From a virus, in IMG/VR virus record IMGVR_UViG_3300020596_000023, positions 1 to 64,000 of that record: a stretch of 64,000 bases of DNA. One strand, given 5' to 3'. The translations under genes and the position numbers were made by a program. Under the pieces are notes generated by a model. The model ran no database searches and was not told the DNA's origin. It saw only the letters and a list, made by a program, of their open reading frames with translations. Numbering within the stretch: position 1 is the stretch's first letter; the number at the start of each line of letters is the position of its first letter. Below, piece by piece: positions 9,041-19,006 of the stretch.

Positions 9041-9211
9041 ATGGATGAGATAAAATTAAAAAAAGCTATTACTATACTTCAAAAAAAGATCACAGACTAC
9101 AAGCATAAAATTTCATTAGATACATCAACTCCAAAATTACTTGATATTAATATAGCCGATGCAAAGTTGATAATAGAACTCTACAATTTTTACAATATGT
9201 ACAAACCATAA
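9041..9211 (+). CDS. small hypothetical protein (not in ORF track)
   Basis: MDEIKLKKAITILQKK..., 56 aa, fills the gap before polA. Confidence 0.55.
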   Translation: MDEIKLKKAITILQKKITDYKHKISLDTSTPKLLDINIADAKLIIELYNFYNMYKP

Positions 9212-9221
9212 TAATCGTAAA

Positions 9222-11564
9222 ATGACTCTATATCTTCAAAATGAATCTGATCAAACTATACAGCACCTTCATAAGCTCTTCAACGAATCTTATGAAGGTG
9301 TTTTTGTTTGCTTAGACACGGAAACTACAGGCTTAGATGTATTAAAACTAAGGCCATTACTAATGAGCTTAAATAGTAATTATGGTACTATAGTTTTAAA
9401 TCTAGCTAAACTCAGTAAAGACTTTATTAAATCTATATTTAATCAATATGGATTGAATAAAACGTATTTAGCTCACAATGCTAAATACGATGGTAATGTA
9501 ATGTATCACTATTATGGACTGGATTTGGATTGGTATTGCACAATGGTATCAGATCAAAAGCTTTCACAAGGATTAGGTTATTCTGAAAAAGATCGGCCTG
9601 ATGGAGTTAGATATAATTTATCTGATACGGCACAAAGACATCTAAAAGTTCCCGCATTAAATAAAGAGCAGCAATTATCATTTGTAGATTATTTAGGTTC
9701 TGAGTTTAGTGATGCACAGATTGAATATGCTGGTAAAGATGTAGACTATCTATATCCTATTATGAAAAATCAATTATTGTGTGCTGCTCAATTTGGAATA
9801 AAAAATCTACTAACTGAAAGTGAGATTCTGTCAGAAGTTTGTATTGCGGAATGTACTGGTGTTTTAATAGATAGAACTAAATGGATTAATATTGCTGAAC
9901 AAGTATATGCAGAGATTCAGAATATTGCAAAGGAATTAGACCAGATAGTAAAGACTAATAAAGTTCTGATTAAAAAAAGAGGATTTATACCATTGTCTGG
10001 TAATTACGATTTATTTACTGAAACTGATTGGGTAAGAGAGTTCTATCAAAATAAAAGCAGCAAAGCTAAACTAACTGCTTTATTCAATCAAGGAGTTAAT
10101 TGGGCCAGCCCTACACAAGTAACTTTTATTTGTGGCCAGCTAAACTATCCCCTACCTGTTAAAGATGAAGATATTTATTTAGTACCAGATATTAAAGTTA
10201 CTAATAACAAAAGAAAAGTTATAAGTAGTATTAAATATACTACCAAAAAGGACAAGCTAGAAGTAATGCTTCAAAACTTTGAGCATCCTAATAAAGAGTT
10301 TATTGAATTGATATTCAAGTACAACTCGTTACGAACGCTATTTGCAACTTATGGAGGTAAGTGGTTAAATAAGCTGCATAATCATAGAATCTATACTGCT
10401 TTTAGAACTATGTCTGCTGTTACAGGTAGGTTTCAATCAGGTGGTGGTACTAAATTACCTGATAAAATCAATACTCAGAACATTCCAAGTGCCGGAGATT
10501 ATCGGCACTGTTTTGTCGCTGACAAAGGTCACAGCCTAATCACAGCGGATCTTTCCGGAGCAGAAGTAATTATCCTTGCCGATAAAGCGAATGAGCAGAG
10601 TGTGTACGACAGAGCCGTTATTGACGATGATTCTCACAGCCCTGTAGCACAATATACATGGCAACAAATATATTTATTCCGAGCAGGGAAAGAGATGGGA
10701 TTGTGGTACGACGTAGCCAAGTTCAGGCAGGAAAAGGACAATCCTGCTGTCAAAGGATATTTTAGCCAGTATGGTACAATTGAAGCTAAAGAATGCTTTA
10801 GGCTATCTCAAGAACTTATAGTATCTAAAAAAGAGAATAAGCATATTAGAAACAAATTCAAGAGTTCCACATTTGGTGGAATCTATGGAATGGAATTTCG
10901 TAAGTGTGCAGAAACTCTTGGAATAGATTGGGAAGAAGCTAAAGTAGCTTTACAATCCATGAAAGATTGTATGCCTAAATGCTATGAGTATGTAGAATCG
11001 GAAGTTAAGCTTGCCGCTAAACAGGGTTACTCTATACTTAATAAATACGGTGGAAGTAGAATTACTTTTCCTTTAACTCAAGCATTAGTACATCAAAACA
11101 AAAATGCTTATGATAGTATTGATGCAATCAAAGAAGTTAAAGCAGTCCGTAATTATCCTATGCAGGGTACTCAAGCTGATATGATTAAGCTTGCAATAGC
11201 TAACATCAGAAAGCTTAGAAAGATTGGACTTGAAGTAACTCTATTATTACAAGTGCATGACGAACTGGTCTATCAGACACCAGAACAATTTGATGGAGTT
11301 TCAAAAGCTTGGCTAAATAATAAAGCCAATGCTTTTGAATTTACGATAAAGTACGAAAGAGAAGTAAGCTTTGATTCGGCATTAAAATTTTGTGAAAAAT
11401 ACTCAGATCATGTAGTTTCTATTAAAACTCCTGGATTAAGTATTAACTATAAAATCAGTAATGCTTTGACTATTCCAATAATCATGCTGTATTCTGCTGA
11501 TCTATATCTTGAGCGATTTACTATGGGTTCAAGTTTAGAGGTGCAGAAATATTGGCAGAAATAA
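9222..11564 (+). CDS. polA: DNA polymerase family A with 3'-5' exonuclease
   Basis: Exo DTETTG, HNAKYD, YAGKD; TGRF; motif A DLSGAE; motif B RNKFKSSTFGGIYG; NYPMQGTQAD; motif C VHDE. Confidence 0.96.
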   Translation: MTLYLQNESDQTIQHLHKLFNESYEGVFVCLDTETTGLDVLKLRPLLMSLNSNYGTIVLNLAKLSKDFIKSIFNQYGLNKTYLAHNAKYDGNVMYHYYGLDLDWYCTMVSDQKLSQGLGYSEKDRPDGVRYNLSDTAQRHLKVPALNKEQQLSFVDYLGSEFSDAQIEYAGKDVDYLYPIMKNQLLCAAQFGIKNLLTESEILSEVCIAECTGVLIDRTKWINIAEQVYAEIQNIAKELDQIVKTNKVLIKKRGFIPLSGNYDLFTETDWVREFYQNKSSKAKLTALFNQGVNWASPTQVTFICGQLNYPLPVKDEDIYLVPDIKVTNNKRKVISSIKYTTKKDKLEVMLQNFEHPNKEFIELIFKYNSLRTLFATYGGKWLNKLHNHRIYTAFRTMSAVTGRFQSGGGTKLPDKINTQNIPSAGDYRHCFVADKGHSLITADLSGAEVIILADKANEQSVYDRAVIDDDSHSPVAQYTWQQIYLFRAGKEMGLWYDVAKFRQEKDNPAVKGYFSQYGTIEAKECFRLSQELIVSKKENKHIRNKFKSSTFGGIYGMEFRKCAETLGIDWEEAKVALQSMKDCMPKCYEYVESEVKLAAKQGYSILNKYGGSRITFPLTQALVHQNKNAYDSIDAIKEVKAVRNYPMQGTQADMIKLAIANIRKLRKIGLEVTLLLQVHDELVYQTPEQFDGVSKAWLNNKANAFEFTIKYEREVSFDSALKFCEKYSDHVVSIKTPGLSINYKISNALTIPIIMLYSADLYLERFTMGSSLEVQKYWQK

Positions 11565-12076
11565 ATAAACAAACTGTGGAACACATTGAAGAAATTTTAA
11601 ATGAAGCTGCGTTAATTATAGATCCTGAAATAAAAAATTATGACGCTTATATTTTTAAGAATTTACGTGATATAGTATTAGTAACTACTTTACCAAAGTT
11701 AGTAACTCAGTCATTAATTAAGTTGATTGACTTAGCTGAAACATTAAATGAACAAAATAAGGTTTTAAAAGAACAGATGAATCTAAACGAAAATTATTTA
11801 GATGTTCTGCAAAAAAGATGTACAACACTTGAAATTGAAGCTGACAAAGTTCAAATCAAACAAGCGGACAAAGTGCAATTCAACCATACCACATATGGTT
11901 ATCCTGTTAAGAATGGTGTTAGAGACGGATTACGTATAAGCCTAGACTATCACAAATTTTATACAGTCAAAGTAGTGTATACTGATAGAATTGTTGTGAC
12001 TTTAGAAGATACTGATTTAGAATTAGAAACTTTTCAAGACTTTATTAGAACGAAGTACATAAGAATTAAAGTTTAA
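11552..12076 (+). CDS. hypothetical coiled-coil protein
   Basis: 174 aa, overlaps the polA stop. Confidence 0.7.
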   Translation: MAEINKQTVEHIEEILNEAALIIDPEIKNYDAYIFKNLRDIVLVTTLPKLVTQSLIKLIDLAETLNEQNKVLKEQMNLNENYLDVLQKRCTTLEIEADKVQIKQADKVQFNHTTYGYPVKNGVRDGLRISLDYHKFYTVKVVYTDRIVVTLEDTDLELETFQDFIRTKYIRIKV

Positions 12077-12080
12077 CTGA

Positions 12081-12118
12081 TAATAATTTAGCTCTACCTA
12101 AGTAGGGCTAAGTTATTA
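12081..12118 (+). terminator. hairpin, possible terminator
   Basis: TAATAATTTAGCTCTAC / GTAGGGCTAAGTTATTA. Confidence 0.5.
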
Positions 12119-12134
12119 ACTAAATTAAATTTAC

Positions 12135-13688
12135 ATGATTCATCTTGATGAAAGAACTCAACGACAAATACAAGGTCTTCAAAAATGGAGACTTAACAAA
12201 GGAATAGGTGGCCTAGAGTGGTCTACAGGTGTTGGTAAAACTACAGCAGCTATTTGGTTTGCCATAAAAACTACTAGGGAAAAACACCCTACTTGTTCAA
12301 TTGGAGTTGTAGTACACAATCCTAATATGAAGAAAACTTGGAAAGCTAATTTGAAACGCTTTAAAGTTGAAGATGTTGTAGTAGCTACTGCAAGTGAATT
12401 TATATCGGAAGCTTATAGAAAAGATCATCCATTAGCATTTGATTTAGTAGTTCTGGATGAACCTATGTCAATGATGGGTACAGAAACTAAACAAATCTGG
12501 TCAGGCACAATCATCGCAAAATGGTGGTTATGGTTAGATGCTAGTATGGATCGTGATAATCCTACGGTAAAAGAATTTCTAAATCTTTTCCCGATGGTAG
12601 ATTATATCGGAGAAAAAGAAGCTATGGCAAAAGGATTTACTAGTAAATCTATTATAATCAACTATGGTCTTGACTTACCGGAAGATATTAAAGTAGAGTA
12701 TGAAGAGCTATCTATAGAAATAGAAATACTCCGTAAGTCTTTCGGTAAAGAAGGTTTAGCTGCTGCTAATTGGTGTTTGTCAGGTAAATCAGAACAAAAC
12801 TCTAAAGGTGATTGGATAAGATTGCCAAGAGAAGTTATGGTTATGAAAGTTGCTGCTAGTTTAGGCTATACCAGTGACATATCTACTAGAATTGTACAAG
12901 AGCAAAACGAACTAAGAAAATTGGAGCTTATTAGAACTCAAATTGAATGTAATCCACAGTCTTTATTAGCTAAAGCAAGCACTTTAATGGAATTGACTCG
13001 TAAGAGAGTTTTTATGCTGTATAAACATGAAAGAAAGATTGAAGTAGCTAAAGCTATTATAAAAGCTTTAGTTGATAAAAAGATTATTTGTTTTTCTGAA
13101 AGCAGAGAGTTTATTAAAGACTTGACTAATCAACTTAATCTAGCTGATATAGCTGCTGTAAGCTGTTATTCAGATAGAGAGAATATGCCTATGGGAATGG
13201 GTATAGATGGACTGTCATTTTATCCAATAAGTGCAGATTTAGTTAAGTATAAATCAGGCGAGAAGAAAGGACAAACTAAAATGTTTGGAGATACTTCTTT
13301 AAATAATGCTGCTAAGTCAGATTTCAAATTTGGCATAGTTACTAAGCTTATATCAGGCAGATCAATGGTAAAAGGTTATGATGATCCTAAGATACAAATT
13401 GTAATAATTTGCTCTGGCAGTAGCAATGCTGATACATTTGTACAAAAGAAAGGTCGATCAGAAAGACTTGATGTAGATGATCCAGATAAGACTGCTGTAA
13501 CGATTTGTTTGTACTTTCAAAATACGGTTGATCAATATTGGTTAAATAGGTATCAGAAAAAGACGACTGTACCTATAACATCTTTAATTGAACCGTATCA
13601 TTCTGTTAACGATATTAAAAACATAATTGATGGCACAGGAAATTCAGACCAACAAAATGGTCAAGCTTTTAGCTCGATATTCAGCTGA
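12135..13688 (+). CDS. SF2 DNA helicase
   Basis: TGVGKT, VLDEP, KGYDDP, QKKGRSER. Confidence 0.85.
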   Translation: MIHLDERTQRQIQGLQKWRLNKGIGGLEWSTGVGKTTAAIWFAIKTTREKHPTCSIGVVVHNPNMKKTWKANLKRFKVEDVVVATASEFISEAYRKDHPLAFDLVVLDEPMSMMGTETKQIWSGTIIAKWWLWLDASMDRDNPTVKEFLNLFPMVDYIGEKEAMAKGFTSKSIIINYGLDLPEDIKVEYEELSIEIEILRKSFGKEGLAAANWCLSGKSEQNSKGDWIRLPREVMVMKVAASLGYTSDISTRIVQEQNELRKLELIRTQIECNPQSLLAKASTLMELTRKRVFMLYKHERKIEVAKAIIKALVDKKIICFSESREFIKDLTNQLNLADIAAVSCYSDRENMPMGMGIDGLSFYPISADLVKYKSGEKKGQTKMFGDTSLNNAAKSDFKFGIVTKLISGRSMVKGYDDPKIQIVIICSGSSNADTFVQKKGRSERLDVDDPDKTAVTICLYFQNTVDQYWLNRYQKKTTVPITSLIEPYHSVNDIKNIIDGTGNSDQQNGQAFSSIFS

Positions 13689-14205
13689 TTGGATGCAAGC
13701 AGGGTTTAGCATAATTGATTATCTATTAGTACATAAAAGCTACTATAAGATGTGCAATGTACATGGTGAATTGCAATTGCAAATTGCAGAATACTTCCGA
13801 CGGTTTCCAGATGAACGATCGCTTACAAATACAGATAAATTTAAACGACCTTATGCTGATCTGGCATTAGAGGTTAAAGAATTGATTCATGGTGTTGAAG
13901 ATTTTTATCTTCAATTAGTTAAAGATCTAAGATTTAGCTACCCGACTGTAAACAGTGCAAATCACAGATTACAACTAATTACGGATTTAAATCTTTGTGA
14001 TTTCTATAAGGTAGCTTTAGAGGATAATCCTATAGAAAATCACAATAGGATTATCAATCTAATTGCAAATACTAAAGAATCTTTGAACATGAGTATAACG
14101 AAGTTCTTGGATTTGTGGAAAGATCTGGAAGCAGAATACAATAACAAAGTTGCTGGTGGTTACGAAGTAAATACCACTTATGAAGCTTTAAATAATAATG
14201 TATGA
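13627..14205 (+). CDS. hypothetical replication-module protein
   Basis: 192 aa between SF2 helicase and DnaB, overlapping both. Confidence 0.65.
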   Translation: MMAQEIQTNKMVKLLARYSADWMQAGFSIIDYLLVHKSYYKMCNVHGELQLQIAEYFRRFPDERSLTNTDKFKRPYADLALEVKELIHGVEDFYLQLVKDLRFSYPTVNSANHRLQLITDLNLCDFYKVALEDNPIENHNRIINLIANTKESLNMSITKFLDLWKDLEAEYNNKVAGGYEVNTTYEALNNNV

Positions 14206-15329
14206 TTTTTGCAAATAGCGAAGACGCTGTATTACAAGCGATGAAAGAATTGAAAGATGAGAGAGATGGTACAGCGCAAGGTATAATAAGTAGGTATCCT
14301 GCTATGAATAGAGCCGTGAACAAGATGTTCCGGCCTTATCATATTTATGGTATAGCAGGGGCAACTGGTTCGATGAAGAGTTATTTGTTTGAGCGATTAA
14401 ACTTAGATTTTACTAATAGTATAATAGCTGTTAGCAAATCCGATTTTACTGCTGATACAATTAAATATTTATTAGACCGCTGTAATTTTGTTGAGCAAGG
14501 TGAAGAGGTTATACTATTTCCTCTAAACAATCAAAAGATCGCAACCTATACCTGTAATTTAGAATTGGCAACAAAACGACAATTACAAAGAAGATTAGGC
14601 GATATAGTAAAACAAGGTCTTAATTATATGTTATCATCTAAGCTCGATCCAATATCAAGCTTGGTTGGTAAAGATATATATATTAAAGTTACTGACGAAG
14701 AGTTAAAGTTGTATGAAGTCATACTATCTCAAATTCATAATCCAGTCCATCAGAAGTTTATAGATAAGACTCAACATTTAGAGTATATCTTAAATTCTAT
14801 TTGGGAAGATTTTGATAATAGTGATTACGATCAGTGCGTACTGGGTATAGATCATGTATTGCTATTAAAAAGATCAGAAGATGACTTTAGTGCTATGAAT
14901 AATGTTATTAGAGATTTGATAGAGTTTGCTAAATTAGGTACTACTATCTTTCCTATAACACAATTCAACAATAACTACAGCAAACCAGATAGGTGGAAGA
15001 ATCCATCTAAGCATTTCCCAGAAAGGGACGATATATACATGGGTGGACAATTTTTGCAAGGGGTAGATGCTATGTTCTGCATGATTCAACCAGCAGCCTA
15101 TAAATGTCAATTGTATAGTACTGCTAAATTACCTACTAACAAATTACTGCATGTATCTAATATTAAAGGTCGTGAAGGTAGTGAAGGTGATTTATGGTTT
15201 AAGAATTATATAGAGCATGGTGAAATAAGACCTTGTATTTTACAAAACTTTGGAGAATATTCTGAACTAACTGAAATTAAAGATTTGTATGAACAAAGAA
15301 AATTTGACCTCGACCGAGGACTTTATTGA
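14202..15329 (+). CDS. dnaB: DnaB-like replicative helicase
   Basis: AGATGSMKS (variant Walker A), NLE, IDHVLLL, TQFN, KGREG. Confidence 0.8.
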   Translation: MIFANSEDAVLQAMKELKDERDGTAQGIISRYPAMNRAVNKMFRPYHIYGIAGATGSMKSYLFERLNLDFTNSIIAVSKSDFTADTIKYLLDRCNFVEQGEEVILFPLNNQKIATYTCNLELATKRQLQRRLGDIVKQGLNYMLSSKLDPISSLVGKDIYIKVTDEELKLYEVILSQIHNPVHQKFIDKTQHLEYILNSIWEDFDNSDYDQCVLGIDHVLLLKRSEDDFSAMNNVIRDLIEFAKLGTTIFPITQFNNNYSKPDRWKNPSKHFPERDDIYMGGQFLQGVDAMFCMIQPAAYKCQLYSTAKLPTNKLLHVSNIKGREGSEGDLWFKNYIEHGEIRPCILQNFGEYSELTEIKDLYEQRKFDLDRGLY

Positions 15330-16119
15330 AGATGCTACTTTGATTGAAGCTGTTGAAGACCAACAGCCAATGCAAACAATGCTTCTAACTACACAGACAG
15401 AACTTGATCCATTATCAACTATGTCTATAGCTAAACGTGAGGAGTACGCTTATGCCGCAGCGTTATTGCAAAGTGAAGCTGTAAAAGGCTACACAAGAGT
15501 TAGTGATGTAATGCAAGCTATGGAAATAGCAGATTATTTACGTAAACCAATTGCATGGGTGTTAAACCACTTCACCCCGATAAATGGTAAACTAACTTCT
15601 GATAGTCATGCTGACATGATCTTAGCTCAAGAACGTGGATTGCAGCTAGAAATTATTTATAACTACAAGCCACTGCGCTATTTATTTGTAAACGGATTAG
15701 ATGAGCCTATAAAAGAACATCTAATAATGGATGATTCAAACTACCTAATTTTTAGAAATGCTTTAGAGCTTGAGCTAATGTCTGAAATACAACGTAAAAA
15801 TAAAATCGTATGTGTTTGGGCAAGCATGGATGATTCATCCATCTATGATAGAATTAGCCGGGTTAAAGGCACATTAGAAATAAATGGTAAAGTTCAAGTT
15901 GCCTATGGTCAATTCCTCTTTAGTGAAGCTGAGACAGCATTATTAACTTCCAAGAGTAATTGGAAATGTTATCCTGCTGACTGTTTATTAGCTAGATCTA
16001 AGAAGAGATTGAATAGAACTCTCTCCGGTTGGGTTACTTCTTTTTACAATACAGAGGAACTCGCTTCTATGGAAGATATTGCAATTTCTAAAGAAAGTAT
16101 TGCAAGCGACACAAAGTAG
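15289..16119 (+). CDS. putative ssDNA-annealing recombinase (RecT/Bet-like)
   Basis: PINGK and C-terminal NWKCYPADCLLARS...TEEL pattern of phage annealing proteins. Confidence 0.6.
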   Translation: MNKENLTSTEDFIEDATLIEAVEDQQPMQTMLLTTQTELDPLSTMSIAKREEYAYAAALLQSEAVKGYTRVSDVMQAMEIADYLRKPIAWVLNHFTPINGKLTSDSHADMILAQERGLQLEIIYNYKPLRYLFVNGLDEPIKEHLIMDDSNYLIFRNALELELMSEIQRKNKIVCVWASMDDSSIYDRISRVKGTLEINGKVQVAYGQFLFSEAETALLTSKSNWKCYPADCLLARSKKRLNRTLSGWVTSFYNTEELASMEDIAISKESIASDTK

Positions 16120-16130
16120 TAATAACTTTG
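16100..16130 (+). promoter_or_regulatory. Bacteroidetes-type housekeeping promoter
   Basis: TTG (16100-16102), 20-nt spacer, TAACTTTG (16123-16130) matching -33 TTG / -7 TAnnTTTG. Confidence 0.6.
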
Positions 16131-16185
16131 TGCTATCAATTTGTTACATCATTTCACATTTTTTATAACAATTAATATATTATTT

Positions 16186-16968
16186 ATGGCTAGTCTGAAT
16201 TTGATTGACGCGTTTCAAACGCAAGTAGCTCCTAAACCTACAGCTGCTAAACCTGTTAGTGTACGTCGTGACAGTACAGGTATTACGTTTTCCAGTATGG
16301 GTAAAAGCTATGTGACGGAAACTATCCTAAACTCATTCAATTGGGTATTAAATCGCATTGCATCTAAAGTAGTTGCTTTGCCAAAGGCCAGCGTCGGCCT
16401 TTCATCCAGTCTCACTGTGACAAATCCAAATGGCACGGTAAGCTTCGGCTATCTATTTGATGGAAACACCACAGCGAATGATGCTGCTAGAAAAATCGCA
16501 GATGTAAAGCAATCTGAACTGGAAGCTGGTGGTGCGACTAAAGTTAATCGGCAAAGCCCTGAATTTACCATCTTGAAAAATGCTGAACTCAAAGTATTTA
16601 CAGCCGAAGAAAAAGCAGTTCCAGAAGTAGGTTCAGTAGTTGTTTTCGGTAAAACTCGCTATGAGGTACAAGCTACTGAGCTTGCAACTTATTTCCGGGA
16701 AACGGCTGAAGGTGAACTATTTGGTTTGCACCCTGCAAAAGGGTTCATGGTAATAAATGTTGGAGAAAGTATGGTAATGGGTGTAGTTGAAAATGGCGAA
16801 ACTATTGAAGAAGGCGCAACTTATCTCAATGGTGCTGGTGTAGTTGTAGATTTCGAGCAATTGGTTGACAATGCTATCGCAATTGTTAAAAGTGCACCAC
16901 TTCGTGGAATCACGGTTCGTAACCGTAAGCCTAAAACTACGGAAGAAGCCGTAGTTGTCGGATCTTAG
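16186..16968 (+). CDS. hypothetical protein, probably highly expressed
   Basis: Likely start MASLN; has its own promoter and terminator; CGT/GGT codon use. Confidence 0.8.
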   Translation: MASLNLIDAFQTQVAPKPTAAKPVSVRRDSTGITFSSMGKSYVTETILNSFNWVLNRIASKVVALPKASVGLSSSLTVTNPNGTVSFGYLFDGNTTANDAARKIADVKQSELEAGGATKVNRQSPEFTILKNAELKVFTAEEKAVPEVGSVVVFGKTRYEVQATELATYFRETAEGELFGLHPAKGFMVINVGESMVMGVVENGETIEEGATYLNGAGVVVDFEQLVDNAIAIVKSAPLRGITVRNRKPKTTEEAVVVGS

Positions 16969-16986
16969 TTTCGGATTTAGTTTTAC

Positions 16987-17022
16987 AAAATGGCTGTCAG
17001 GTATTTACTTGGCAGCCATTTT
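16987..17022 (+). terminator. intrinsic terminator
   Basis: AAAATGGCTGTCAGG / CTTGGCAGCCATTTT. Confidence 0.75.
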
Positions 17023-17081
17023 CATTTACATTAGCAATCCTTTTAGTGTTTTTTATTGTACAATTAAAAACAAATTAATCT

Positions 17082-17828
17082 ATGTCTAATCAAAAGCAGT
17101 CTTTTGATTTCAATGCAGCAACAGAGCAACCTCTGATTAAAAAGCTGCCCTTACAGATCAGTTCGGAGACTCCAATTTTGTTGGTGAATTTCGTTGAAGC
17201 ATTTTTTACGACTGGGGTCAAAAAAGATCCTAACTTCAAAACCGGTGTAGCCCGACCTGCAAAAGATGTGCCGGTCACACCAGAGATGGTTACAGAAGAT
17301 TCATTGCGTCATTACATCAACTTTGTATTTGAGAGCGGTACGTTGTATCGCAGCAATGTCAGTACAATTGTGTGGGAGCCAAACCTGCAAATTGCAAACA
17401 ATGTAGTTAGGGCAATTTGTTTTGCTGTAACTGGCCAAGAGCCTGTAGTGTTCTTTAATATTAAGTCTTCTAAAGAGGGTGGGTATTCTTTGACATTGCC
17501 GGGTGAAGCTGAACCCACTTTAGTAAAGACAGCAGTTCAAGTAATTGAACAAATTGTCAATGCCATCGGCAAGATGGTAAAAGTCGCTCCTATTACGGTT
17601 TGGTTAAAGTTGAAGCGGAATGATGGCAATGGTGGTCGTCCAAATGAATTAGTATTTGGGCTTGGAAACTTTATTGCTACTGGCAGTGCTGATTGCCCTG
17701 AATTTATTCAACCAGCACCAAACGAAAGATTTGATGTAATTGAAGAAAATTCTGCTCGAACAGTTACTACCCCTGCTGCTGCTGCTATTGCAACAACACA
17801 CAAAAATCCTTTTGCACCTAAGCAATAG
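17082..17828 (+). CDS. putative ssDNA-binding protein
   Basis: Lies before the primase and has a flexible Ala/Thr tail ending NPF; function inferred from context only. Confidence 0.45.
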   Translation: MSNQKQSFDFNAATEQPLIKKLPLQISSETPILLVNFVEAFFTTGVKKDPNFKTGVARPAKDVPVTPEMVTEDSLRHYINFVFESGTLYRSNVSTIVWEPNLQIANNVVRAICFAVTGQEPVVFFNIKSSKEGGYSLTLPGEAEPTLVKTAVQVIEQIVNAIGKMVKVAPITVWLKLKRNDGNGGRPNELVFGLGNFIATGSADCPEFIQPAPNERFDVIEENSARTVTTPAAAAIATTHKNPFAPKQ

Positions 17829-17867
17829 TATTTGAGCAATAGCATTTTTAGCTAATTTATTTATTTG

Positions 17868-17900
17868 ATCCCCAACTTGAAACATAGTTGGGGATTTTTT
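17868..17900 (+). terminator. intrinsic terminator
   Basis: ATCCCCAACT / AGTTGGGGAT plus T tract. Confidence 0.8.
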
Positions 17901-17921
17901 ATTTCTACAAACTGATAAGTT

Positions 17922-19004
17922 ATGATTCCAAATACAATATATTCTAAGAGCGAACTTAGGAAGTACTTAAAAAAATTAAATATAGATGATATTGATCTGT
18001 ACTCTATTTATACTGGATATACTAGACAAGACATATTAACATCGTTATATAATGGTAAACATCTTCATTCTTTTATGAGGTCTGATTCTACACCATCGTT
18101 AGGATTTTATATAGGTGACAATGGTACTATACGATTCAAAGATTTTGGTGGAGATGGTGGAGATGTTTTTACAGTAGCTAATATACATCATAGAAAAGCT
18201 TTACAAGGTGGATTATTTGTAGAGCTTTTACAAGCTATATACAATGACGTACTAAAGAAAAACAATTATACTGTTTCTAAGGAGCAGATCACATTATTGC
18301 CAAAACAAAAAGTTACTGTAGATGTAGACCTTAGAGATTGGTCTAATTATGATTATCAATATTGGGTTAGAGGTTATGATTTTGACAGTTTAGAAGAAGT
18401 GGAATATTATTCTACTTATGCTGTTGATATAATCTATCTCAATGGTAAGTTCTATAAAAAGTCTTCTCCTAAGTTTCCAATTTATGGCTATTTAGTAACT
18501 ATGCTAAATGGAGACTTCTTTTGGAAATGTTACTTACCAAAACAAACTCCTAAATTTATTACAGGTGGTATAGGATTAGATTTTATGCCTTATGTATTAA
18601 ATGATTTGAAACCAACTGATCCACTAGGATTAATTAAAAGTAGAAAAGATGCTATGGTTGTGTATGACCATATACAAACTTTGTTAGTACCAAATTCTGA
18701 AAATTCTACTGGTATGTCGAAACAAGAATTAGGCTTATTTAAGAATAGAAGAGTTAATACTTATATTGAACAAGATGAAGGAGGTTTGATAGGTATCAGT
18801 CAATTAGAAACAAATTTGGGAAAAACGGTAACTCGCAGGCTTCTCCCTTCTACCGGCGACGGCAACAAACAGATCAACGACTTTGCTGAACTTCGTAAGT
18901 TCTTACGTAAAGATAAATTTAAAGAGTTCTGTCAATGGTATTTTCCACAACCAAAATTAACTTTAACTGAAATTCATAATTTCATAAATAAACTAAAACA
19001 CTAA
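17922..19004 (+). CDS. dnaG: DnaG-type primase (crAss-like)
   Basis: RSDSTPS, FKDFG, KSRKDAM, PNSE, variant TOPRIM EQDEGG, NDFAE. Confidence 0.8.
   Translation: MIPNTIYSKSELRKYLKKLNIDDIDLYSIYTGYTRQDILTSLYNGKHLHSFMRSDSTPSLGFYIGDNGTIRFKDFGGDGGDVFTVANIHHRKALQGGLFVELLQAIYNDVLKKNNYTVSKEQITLLPKQKVTVDVDLRDWSNYDYQYWVRGYDFDSLEEVEYYSTYAVDIIYLNGKFYKKSSPKFPIYGYLVTMLNGDFFWKCYLPKQTPKFITGGIGLDFMPYVLNDLKPTDPLGLIKSRKDAMVVYDHIQTLLVPNSENSTGMSKQELGLFKNRRVNTYIEQDEGGLIGISQLETNLGKTVTRRLLPSTGDGNKQINDFAELRKFLRKDKFKEFCQWYFPQPKLTLTEIHNFINKLKH
18827..18860 (+). repeat. dispersed motif A copy 3
   Basis: GGTAACTCGCAGGCTTCTCCCTTCTACCGGCGAC inside the primase gene. Confidence 0.9.
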
Positions 19005-19006
19005 AT

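Noticed and set aside
10698-10746. GGGATTGTGGTAC...CAATCCTG resembling 38953-38995
   Set aside because: Short match with unequal spacing, expected by chance at this length
9222-11564. Intein or intron in polA or other core genes
   Set aside because: No C...HN splice motifs or homing endonuclease ORFs seen; reading frames are continuous
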